In this document: positions 1 to 10,100 of the stretch, piece by piece
Layout of the letters: each line of letters starts with the position of its first letter
Position numbering within the stretch: position 1 is the first letter of the stretch
Assembly: GCF_020745735.1 (NCBI RefSeq)
Contig: NC_083420.1
Location: 25,668,001 to 25,732,000, forward strand
DNA: 64,000 nt
Reading direction: 5' to 3'
From: Hemiscyllium ocellatum
Taxonomy: Eukaryota
Notes under the pieces: model-generated
Told to the model about the DNA's origin: nothing
The model's input: only the letters and a program-made list of their open reading frames with translations
Databases searched by the model: none
Program-made: the position numbers and the translations under genes

Positions 1-253
1 AAAGGGTATAGGCTTAAGGAGGGAAAGATTTAAAAGGGATTTAAAGGAACAACGTCACACAAAGAGTGGTGTGTGTATGGAATGAGCTGCCAGAGGTGGA
101 CAGTGGTACAATTATAACATTTATATGAATAGAAAGGATTTAGTGGGATATTGGCCATAGGCTATCAAATAGGACTAGATTAATTTAGAATAGCTGGTCA
201 GCATGGAAGAGTTGGACCAAAGGGTCTGTTTCGTGCTGTATGACTCTATGACT
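1..253 (+). mobile_element. CR1 LINE 3' end
   Basis: Homologous to the 3' end of the CR1 at 6683-6990, ending TATGACTCTATGACT. Confidence 0.8.
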
Positions 254-396
254 TGTTAGATAGGCCAGTACTCAATCTTTTAGCTGACACATTGAACCTG
301 GATCCCTATCTGCCCCCTCATGTAGATAAAGATTCCCCCTGCACACTTCCACATTTAAGCTAATATTGATTATACAAACAATAAATATACAAACAA

Positions 397-477
397 TGAA
401 AACAACCTTCCTGCTCAGTGAGCAAACCTACATCCAGAACCTCAACCTGAGCTACAAATCTTCTCAAAGCTCGCTAA
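397..477 (+). mobile_element. ~80-bp 3'-terminal fragment of the Poseidon-type PLE
   Basis: TGAAAACAACCTTCC...CCAGAACCTCAACCTGAGCTACAAATCTTCTCAAAGCTCGCTAA, homologous to the reverse complement of 6482-6550. TSD ATTGATTATACA at 365-376 and 478-489. Confidence 0.75.
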
Positions 478-600
478 ATTGATTATACACTTAGCAATAC
501 AAAAATAGATTATCTAGAAATCTAGTCATTGTTTGTGAGATCTTACTCTGCATAAATTGGCTGTCTCGTTATTTACTTTGCAACACTGACTACATTTCAG

Positions 601-733
601 AAGTCAAAAAGTGTGGCGTATGCCCGAAACGTCGACTCCCCTCCTCGGATGCTGCCTGACCTGCTGTGCTTTTCCAACACCACACTTCTTGATTTCTGAT
701 TTCCAACATCTGCAGTCCTCACTTTTTTTTTCC
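601..733 (+). mobile_element. PLE family A 3' fragment with a short remnant of the inverted arm
   Basis: TATGCCCGAAACGTCGA...CTGCAGTCCTCACTTT at 620-730. The preceding AAGTCAAAAAGTGTGG is an imperfect reverse complement of the arm end CCACACTTCTTGATTT. Confidence 0.65.
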
Positions 734-1111
734 CTGCAATCCTGAAATCCTGAAATTGAGAAAGGCACTTACAGAAATACAAGCGTGAGGAGGCTGGAAT
801 TCTCTTTGCTGTTGCTGCTTCTGTGACAACCTGGAATAGAATTTGTATTAAAGGCATTCGGGGCTCGCTCATTGCAACTTCCTCACAGGAAGCGATGAGC
901 TTCCGCAGCAACTGCATCTCAAGGGTGACAGGGCCAGGTCCCAGGAGAGTCCGTACCTGCAACACCCGGGGGAGGGACATGGGCTGGAGGGAGGTAGGGA
1001 AGGAGCGATGGAACCCGAGGGCGGAGTACGGCCCCCACAGCCCGATACCGGAACAGCTCTACCCCCTGTACCCTCCCTCTTACCCTCCACTGGGGTAACC
1101 CCGATACTCAC

Positions 1112-1171
1112 CGCCCGACCCGGAAGCCGCGGTACCGTGTTCTTGTATTTCGAGGTTCGGAAGCGGTTCAT
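1112..1171 (-). CDS. CORO7: Coronin-7, first coding exon (gene continues off the left edge)
   Basis: ATG at 1171 gives MNRFRTSKYKNTVPRLPGRA (60 nt, phase 0), followed by donor GTGAGT (1111-1106). It resembles the coronin-7 N-terminus (human MNRFRVSKFRH...), lies in a CpG-rich context, and is head-to-head with DNAJA3 as in human. Confidence 0.88.
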
Positions 1172-1339
1172 TGCTCCCGCTCTCACAGCCACGAAACCAA
1201 CGATTGCTCCACCTGTCCGAGTAGCCGGGAACAACTGGAACAGCCTACCAGAGGGGAGGGGTGGCACCGAGCCACGCCTTACACACCCCCCACAGACAGT
1301 GCGCCCGTCCACCACACAAGCAGAGGCACCGCCCACTGC

Positions 1340-1608
1340 TGCAATGTCACATTGAAGAATAGGTACATCTCCACAACCCTACAGAAAACCACAGGGCTGC
1401 TCTCTCTTAAAACAAGAGAGACGACTGGTGGTGGTTTAACAGGCAAGGGGACAGCCTGAGTGTTAACTTCTACCGGCGCAGAAATTGAACCCCCACTGTT
1501 CGGGTCACTCTGCATTACAAACCAGCTGGAGATCTCCAGTCTCTGAAGTCCTCACTTTCTCCCACGTTACAAACCAGCTACTTAGCCAACTGAGCTAACC
1601 AACCCCAG
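1340..1608 (-). mobile_element. tRNA-derived SINE of a second family
   Basis: Minus-strand head GGGGTTGGTTAGCTCAGTTGGCTAAGTAGCTGG...GGGTTCAATTTC with A/B-box-like motifs. It contains the PLE tail footprint. Confidence 0.6.
1528..1566 (+). mobile_element. Tail-only PLE family A footprint inside a tRNA-derived SINE
   Basis: The 39-nt GGAGATCTCCAGTCTCTGAAGTCCTCACTTTCTCCCACG lies between direct repeats TTACAAACCAGCT at 1515-1527 and 1567-1579. Confidence 0.75.
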
Positions 1609-1859
1609 CTGAAGTGAGGAAGATCCGGAGACTTCCTCCACAGAAGGGAGTGATACGGCTTACAAGAGCAAGCCAGCAGTTAGTGGGGTAAATGGGAATT
1701 GACTGAGGTCAATGCCCATCCACAAACATTCACTTCCTCCTTTACCACCAAAAGCGGCACTGCGTACTAAATACAAGATGCACTGCAGAAATATACCATG
1801 AGTGAATTTTAAAATATGCATAAAGTGGAGGATTCTTGAGAGAATTAGTGGGACCTAAG

Positions 1860-2265
1860 AATTTTGAGCTACAGGGAGAGGCTGAATAGGCTGGAGATAT
1901 TTTCCCTGGAGTGTCGGGTGCTGAGGGGTAACCGTACAGAAGTTTATAAAATCATGAAGGGAATGGATTAGGTGAATCCATTTTTTTCCCAGGGCAGGGG
2001 AGTCCTAAGCTCGAGGGCAAATGTTTAAGGTAAAAGGAGAAAAATTTTAAAGGGACCTAAGGGGCAACTTTTTTCATGCAGTGTATGGTGCATGTGTGGA
2101 ATGAGCTGTCAGAGGAAGTGGTGGAAGCTGGTAGAATTAAACATTTAAAGGGCATCTAGATGAGTATATGGACCAAATGATGGCAAATGGGACATCTGGT
2201 CAGCATGGAAGAGTTGGTTTGGAGGGTCTGTTTCCATACTGTACATCTCTATGACTCTATGATTC
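1860..2265 (+). mobile_element. CR1 LINE 3' fragment
   Basis: GAGCTACAGGGAGAGGCTGAATAGGCTGG...CTCTATGACTCTATGATT, same family as 6683-7130. Confidence 0.8.
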
Positions 2266-2329
2266 CAATTACATGGGGAAACACTGAATAGGTAAGAGCC
2301 TATGTATTTACGAATCCATACAGTGCGAA

Positions 2330-2605
2330 AAGAGGTCATTCAGCCCATTAAATCCTGTACCAACCCTCCGAAGAGCACTCCACCCAGACCCAGCCTCCCA
2401 CCCAATATCCGTAACCCTATATTTATGATGACCGATCCACCTAACCTGAAAATCTTTGGATTGTGGGAGTAAATTGGAGCACCTAGAGGATAGCGACACA
2501 GACACCTGGAGAATATGCAAACTCTACACAGTTGCTCAAAACTAGGACCAAACCCAGATCCCTGGCACAACAAGGCAGCAGTGCTAAACCATTGTGGCAC
2601 CGTCA
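2330..2605 (-). mobile_element. tRNA-derived SINE (HE1/V-SINE-like), diverged
   Basis: GACGGTGCCACAATGGTTTAGCACTGCTGCC on the minus strand, with a body homologous to 5190-5505. Confidence 0.7.
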
Positions 2606-2678
2606 TCCATAGATGGAGTCTGTGACTCAACTGGTGGGAGCAGGAAAGACAGAGCACTGTACAACTCATTTACAAGAT

Positions 2679-2894
2679 TTGGAGGTGCTGGTGTTGGATT
2701 GGAGTGTATAAAGTTAAAAATCACACAACACCAGGTTATAGTCCAACAGGTTTATTTGGAAGCACCAGCTTTCGGAGAACTGCTCCTTCATCGGGTGGAT
2801 GTGATGACCACCTCATGAAGAAGCAGCGCTCCAAAAACGAATGCTTCCAAATAAACCTGTGGAACAAAAACCTGGTGTTGTGTGATTTTTAACT
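2679..2894. mobile_element. Mini fold-back element (PLE-like family B) with decayed hammerhead motifs
   Basis: Palindrome ~2712-2894 plus a ~33-nt one-sided tail. TSD ATTTACAAGAT at 2668-2678 and 2895-2905. Arms read CCGATGA/CTCATGA-AGGAGCAG..CTCC-GAAA/AAAA. Confidence 0.75.
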
Positions 2895-4012
2895 ATTTAC
2901 AAGATAGTTTTAAAGCTTGCCTGCAAAAATCTATTCATGTTGTATCAACAATTATTTGTGTTTATATATCACCATTAAATGTAGTAAAATGCTTGAATAT
3001 TATTACAAAGTGCTTTGAGCTATCTTGACAAATACAGTACTTACTCAGTGCCCCATTGGATTATGAGTTAAGATTTCTGGAGTAGAATTTTAACTTTCTG
3101 ACTCTGAAGTAAGATTGATACAATGGAGAGGTCCTTGCCAGTTCCCAGCTACTGGTTGCTCCTTGTAGAAAGCTTTGACCACCATTAAAAGCCATGAAAT
3201 CTGCTATCTAGGTGCTGTCAACTACAGATCCTGTCAGCAAGTATTCATAGCAGCAAGTAGGTAAGCAAAATTATAGACAATGAAATCTCTCTTATAGAAT
3301 GTCTGGTATGGTCACTGGCTCTACAGTTCCCAAAATCTTTTATATAGATGTTGGAGCAGCAATTCCAGCTTCATTCCATGCAAGAAAGTGCTTTCTACAA
3401 GCAGGAGCTCCAGATTTATAACCACAATCCTTATCAGGTTTAAGTCTGGAGCATGTGATTCATTGACAGTGCCTTTGGGCTAGAAGTCAAATCCCACTTT
3501 CTCCAGTTAGGTTCCTGATCAGATGAATTGAAATAATTCATTTTTGAAACTGTAAGTCTTGCCTTAGCTGAAGAGGAACTCCAAACCCTCATTCTTCCCC
3601 GATGATAAAACGGGACGAAACAAAATTTGATTTGTATGAGTCAAAATAATCTTGACAACAAATACCAAGAAAATATTAAGACATAAAAAGGTATGAGTTA
3701 GATCAAGTAAATTCAGCAGCAGCTTTAAGGGAAATTGTTTAGATAATAAATACATGCACGAGAAATCAACCTAAATCTCTAAATAAGTACAGAACTTATG
3801 ATGCAAGAGGCTATTTCGTCCATCCTGTTTGCACCGGGGTAGTATAATTAAATCAGTTTCATCAGGCTGAGAGGATAGACACAGCCTCAATTTAACGTCT
3901 CAGCAAAAAAAAATTACCTCTGCAGCAGGACTCTGCTAGATGGCAGCAAAGGCCTAAGACAGATCTGACGGTGTACAGACCTAACTCAAGGCAACGAGGC
4001 AATTAGGCTTGT

Positions 4013-4103
4013 TGCGCAGGCGCAATGTGATCATGGGACCAGTTGTGCGCATGTGCAATACCGGAAAGGGGTTGTCAGTCTGCGCAGGCGCTAAGATGGC
4101 GGC
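4013..4103 (+). promoter_or_regulatory. DNAJA3 proximal promoter: three NRF1-like sites, an ETS core and a YY1 site over the start codon
   Basis: TGCGCAGGCGCA 4013-4024, TGCGCATGTGCA 4046-4057, TGCGCAGGCGCT 4081-4092, CCGGAA 4061-4066, AAGATGGCGGC 4093-4103. Motif match only. Confidence 0.65.
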
Positions 4104-7100
4104 TGCAAGATGTTGCTCGCGCCTGGTGTCGGTGACCTGGAACCCAGTGGCTGCAGTCTGGCCTGGTACCGTGCGGATACTCGCCACTCGGGGTTTCCGA
4201 ACTGCCTTTGGGCTGGGTCCTGGGTTGCTATCGGCTGGAGGTCTGGGTCTCAGGTTCGGCCTGGAGCTGAGGTTGTGGCTGCCCGGTAAGGAAAGCGAGC
4301 AGGGCCGCTAGCATCGGCCTGGTAACTATTGCATGGTCCCCCCTGGTAGAAAGGAAATCCATAGAAGGGGTCAATCTCCCCTCCACAATTCGGGCAGTGC
4401 ATATTCTCCTAGTTTTATTCCACTAGGGATAGATTGTCTGGTAAGGAAAGATTTAGATGAGTCGCATGAGCATTAGATGTAGCTATTGCCAAGTCAGATG
4501 AGAAAACGGTGTCATTCCATGATGTGAAGAAGACAGTGACTTATGATTTTTTTATGAGGAAGATTGTGGGTGTTTTTCCTAATTGTTGTTTTCCCCTCCA
4601 TTTGCCTCAAGGCTGTTCACCACATTCTCTAGGTGTTGCTGCATTTCATACAGCTTCTCCTTTAGCCAAAACTGATTATTACGAAGTGTTGGGGATCCCT
4701 CGCAAGGCAACGCAAAGAGAGATAAAGAAGGCTTATTATCAGGTATGAGAAGGGCATGTCATGTAAGCCAGACTTACAAGTTAAATTCTTGTATTTATTC
4801 AAGTAACCAGTGGGGTTTCTTTTAACTTGCACCAAGCCATCAACCAGAATAATTTTTTCAGCTCACCAAATTGAGCTGTGTAATTGGAATCTTAATCAAA
4901 TTTAATTTATTTTCATGTCTTACCCCCACCCCTTTCCTTTTTGTCATCAAGGAACTCATTTTGCTAGTCCACTTTCATGAATTCCAGGTGGCCAATTTTG
5001 ACTTCTGAATCTGAATGACATTAGTTGGTTGTTCTAATCTAGACAGCGTCTATTGGGTCAAATTTGAATCCTTTTATAAATTAAGATGCTTTAAAAATAC
5101 CATGTCTGCAGAAGTTACTATCTGGTGCAGATACTTTAATCAACCTGTTCAGATATGTTATAACATTTATCCAGGGCAGATGGGACTCAGATTAGATTAC
5201 CTACAATATGGAAACAGCCCATTTGGCCTAACAAGTCCACACTGACCCTCTGAAGAGTAATCCACCTGGACCAGTTTCCCTACCCTATATTCACCCCTGA
5301 CTAATGCACCTAACTCTATGGGCAACTTAATATGGCCAATTCACCGAATGTGCATATGCTTGGACTGTGGGAGGAAACTGGAATATCTGGAGGAAACCCA
5401 CGCAGACACAGGGAGAATGTGCAAACTCCACACAGACAGAAGCCCAAGGCGAGAATCGAACCTGGGTCCCTGGTGCTGTGAGGCAGCAGTGCCACCCACT
5501 TGTACATGGACCTTCTGAGCCACAGGGGCACAATCATTGCAACGCAAGAGCCCTCGCTGTCTGCTGCACACTTTAAACAAAAACATGAAAAAGAATCACT
5601 TTGGAAAACTTGTCTTAATCAAATCTATTTTAATGGCTGAAGATTTCATCCTGACAAAGCCTGCAGGGGAAAGATTGAATTCAATTATAACTTGTAGCTT
5701 TGAATTAAATCTTGTGTTCTTGTGTACACAGCTTGCAAAAAAATATCATCCAGATACAAACAAAGATGATCCAAAGGCAAAGGAAAAATTTTCCCATGTG
5801 GCAGAAGCATATGAGGTAACAAATGTAGTCTGATGACAGCCCCTGACAGTATTGGGCTAATGCAGTAATCTGCCTGGGCTGGAGGGGAGAGTTTCTGGGC
5901 TGATCAAATCGGGATGGACAGCAGATGTCAGCATAGCTACAGCATCTCCACTCTTTGTAGAGTTATGTGGGAAGGGAGGGTTCGAGAATTGTGTGTGTAG
6001 TTGGAAATAGCGAGAGAAGGGTCCAGAATTCTACTCCTGTGTCGGTACCAGCGCAATTAGAATAGTAAGGTAATTTCTGAAGGAGAACACGGCAATGGGA
6101 ATATTATAACTGAGCTAAGAAACATGAAAATTGTGTGATAGTCAGTCAGTGTCTGATCTCTAACGATAATACAGGATTCCTCAGGATACTTGTCAATAAT
6201 TGGTCTCTGGCTCTGATTAATGCTCATTGTGCATTACAGGTACTGAGTGATGAAGTGAAGAGGAAACAGTATGATACTTATGGGAGAGTTGGATTTGATG
6301 CAGGAGAGTCAAAGAGTCAACAGTACTGGCATTCAGGCCCTTCAATGGATCCAGAGGAGCTTTTCAGGCGCATCTTTGGGGAGTTTACTGGCTCTGGATT
6401 CCGAGATTTTAACACTGTCTTTGACCAGCACCAGGAGGTGAGTAAACTAAGTGTTTGGTTATCCAGAGAACATTGATACTGTTACCGGGTTTTGAAAAGA
6501 TGTGTAGTCAACTTGAGGTTCTGGATGTGAGTTTGCAAGATTCATTTTCAGATATTTTGTCACCATACAAGGTAACATCACCAGTGAGCCTCCAGCAAAG
6601 TGCTGTTGTTATGTTCTGCTTTCCTATTTGTGTTTAGGTTTCTTTGGGTGTTTGCTAATGTCATTTCCAATTCTTTTTCTCAGAGTCATAGAGATGGACA
6701 GCATGGAAACAGACCCTTCGGTCCAACCCATCTATGCCGACCAGATATCCCAACCCAATCTAGTCCCACCTGCCAGCACCCAGCCGATATCCCTCCAAAC
6801 CCTTCCTATTCATATTACCCATCCAAATGCTTATTAAATGTTGCAATTGTACCAGCCTCCACCACATCCTCTGGCATCTCATTCCATATATGTACCACCC
6901 TCTGCCTGAAAACATTGCCCCTTAGGTCTCTTTTATATCTTTCCCCTCTCACCCTAAACCTATGTCCTCTAGTTCTGGACTCCCCAACCCCAGGAAAAAG
7001 ACTTTGCCTATTTATCCTATTCATGCCCCTCATAATTTTGTAAACCTCTATAAGGTCACTCCTCAGCCACCGACGCTCCAGGGAAAACAGCCCCAGCCTG

Positions 7101-10100
7101 TTCAGTTTCTCCCTGTAGCTCAGATCCTCCAACCCTGGCAACATCCTTGTAAATCTTTTCTGAATCCTTTCAAGTTTCACAACATCTTTCCGATAGGAAG
7201 GCGACCAAAATTGCACACAATATTCCAACAGTGGCCTAACCAATGTCCTGTACAGCCGTAACATGACCTCCCAACTCATGTACTCCATACTCTGACCCAT
7301 AAAGGAAAGCATACCAAACGCCGCCTTCACTATCCTATCTACCTGCGACTCCACTTTCAAGGAGCTATGAACCTGCACTCCGAGGTCTCTTTGTTCAGCA
7401 ACACTCCCTAGGACCTTACCGTTAAGTGTATAAGTCCTGCTAAGATTTGCTTTCCCAAAATGCAGCACCTTACATTTATCTGAATTAAACTCCATCTGCC
7501 ACTTCTCAGCACATTGGCCCATCTGATCAAGATCCTGTTGTAATCTGAGGTAACTCTCTTCGCTGTCCACTACACCTACAATTTTGGTGTCATCAGCAAA
7601 CTTACTAACTGTACCTCTTATGCTCGTATCCAAATCATTTATGTAAATGACAAAAAGTAGAGGGCCCAGCCCCGATCCTTGTGGCACTCCACTGGTCACA
7701 GGCCTCCAGTCTGAAAAACAACCCTCCACCACCACCCTCTGTCTTCTACCTTTGAGCCAGTTCTGTATCCAAATGGCTAGTTCTCCCTGTATTCCATGAG
7801 ATCTAACCTTGCTAATCAGTCTCCCATGGGGAACCTTGTCGAAGGCCTTCCTGAAGTCCATATAGATCACATCTAGTGCTCTGCCCTCATCAATCTTCTT
7901 TGTTACTTCATCAAAAAACTCAATCAAGTTTGTGAGACATGATTTCCCATGCACAAAGCCATATTGATTATCTCTAATTAGTCCTTGCCTTTCCAAATAC
8001 ATGTACATCCTGTCCCTCAGGATTCCCTCCAACAACTTGCCCATCACTGACGTCAGGCTCACTGGTCTATAGTTCCCTGGCTTGTCCTTACCACCCTTCT
8101 TAAACAGTGGCACCACGTTTGCCAACCTCCAGTCTTCCGGCACCTTACCTGTGACTATCGATGATACAAATATCTCAGCAAGAGGCCCAGCAATCACTTC
8201 TCTAGCTTTCCACAGAGTTCTCGGGTACACTTGATCAGGTCCTGGGGATTTATCCACCTTTAACCGTTTCAAGACATCCAGCACTTCCTCCTCTGTAATC
8301 TAGACATTTTGCAAAATGTCACCATCTATTTCCCTACAGTCTTTATCTTCCATATCCTTTTCCACAGTAAACACTGATGCGAAATATTCATTTAGTATCT
8401 CCCCCATTTTCTATAGTTCCACACAAAGGCCGCTTTGCTGATCTTTGAGGGGCCCTATTCCCTCCCTAGTTACCCTTTTGTCCTTTTGTATTTGTAAAAA
8501 CCCTTTGGATTCTCCTTAATTCTGTAGATGGGGTCCAAATCGATGTGTTTGTTGATGGCATTCCAACCGGAACTCTATGCTTCAAGGAATTCTCATGCAT
8601 GTCTCTGTTTGGCTTGTCCCAGTCAAAATAGTGTCCTTCGTTGTCTGTATGTAAGGATACTGGTGATAGTGGGTCATGTCGTTTTGTGGCTAGTTGATAT
8701 TCATGTATCCTATTGGCTAGTTTTCTGCCTGTTTGTCCAATGTAGTGTTTGTTACAGTCCTTGCAAGGTATTTTGTAAATGACGTTCATTTTGCTTGTTG
8801 TCTTTTAAATTCATTAGCTGTGTAAATGTGTTGGTGGGTTGGTGGGTTTATGGGCTACCGTGATGCCATATGGTCTGAGTAATCTGGCAGTCGTTTCAGA
8901 GGTGTCTTTGATGTATGGTAAAGTGGCTAGGGTTTCTGGGTGCGTTTTATCTGCTTGTTTGGGTTTGTTGCTGAGAAATCGGACTGTGTTTATTGGGTAC
9001 CCATTCTTGAAAATATTTTATAGTCAATTTTCTTCTGCTCTTCATAGTTCCTCGGTGCTGCAGTGCGTGGTGGCTCGTTGAAATAATGTTCTAATGCAGC
9101 TTCATTTTTGGGTGTTGGGATGATTTGTTCTGTAGTTGAGTATTTGATCCATCTGTATTGTTTCCTGTAGATGCTGGTTTGAAGTTCCTCACTGACTTCG
9201 CTCTACTGTGAAATCTAGGAATGGCAGTTTGTTGGTGTTTTCCTCGTCTTTAGTGAATTTTATGCCAGTAAGGATATTATTGATGGTCTTGAAGGTTTCC
9301 TCTAATTTGTTTTAGTGATGACAAAGGTGACATCCATGTAGCGGACCCAAAATTTGGGTTGGATGTTTGGGAAAAGTTTGCTCACGTCTCTGCATTACTG
9401 CTTCTGCTAGGAATCCTGATATTGGAGATCCCATGGGAGTTCCATTACTTTCAATAACAAGACCTAGAAGCAAATCAAAGTGGGTGGTGAGGCATTGGTC
9501 TACTTTCTTAAATTTTGTGAGGCTGTGATTTGGTTCTCTAGTTTGGGATCGGGTCTGTTGCCACCTGTTCGTACTTCAAACCAGCGTCTACAGGAAAACA
9601 ACACAACGGACCAAATACTGAGCTACAAAAGCAATCCTCCCAACACCCACAAACGCAGCTGCATTAGAACATTATTTCAATGAGCCACCACACACAGCGG
9701 CACAGAGGAACTATGGAGAGCAGAAGAAATTCACCTATACAGTGTTTTCAAGAAGAACAGGTACCCAATAAACAGCTGAAAATGTGCTGCTGGAAATGCG
9801 CAGCAAGTCAGGAAGCATCCAAAGAGCAGGAGAATCAACGTTTCGGGCATGAGCCCTTCTTCAGGAAGGGCTCATGCCCGAAACGTCAATTCTCCTGCTC
9901 TTTGGATCCTGCCTGACCTGCTGCGCTTTTCCAGCAACACATTTTCAGCTCTGATCTCCAGCATCTGCAGTCCTCACTTTCTCCTCCTACCCAATAAACA
10001 CAGTCTGCTGATTTCTCAACAACAAACCCAAACAAGCAGACAAAACACGCCCAGAAACCCTAACCACTCTGCCTACATCAAAGACATCTCAAAAACGACT

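Noticed and set aside
869-1355. Overlapping 91-155 aa ORFs around the CORO7 start
   Set aside because: GC-rich promoter and intron read-through; only the 60-nt exon 1112-1171 is supported.
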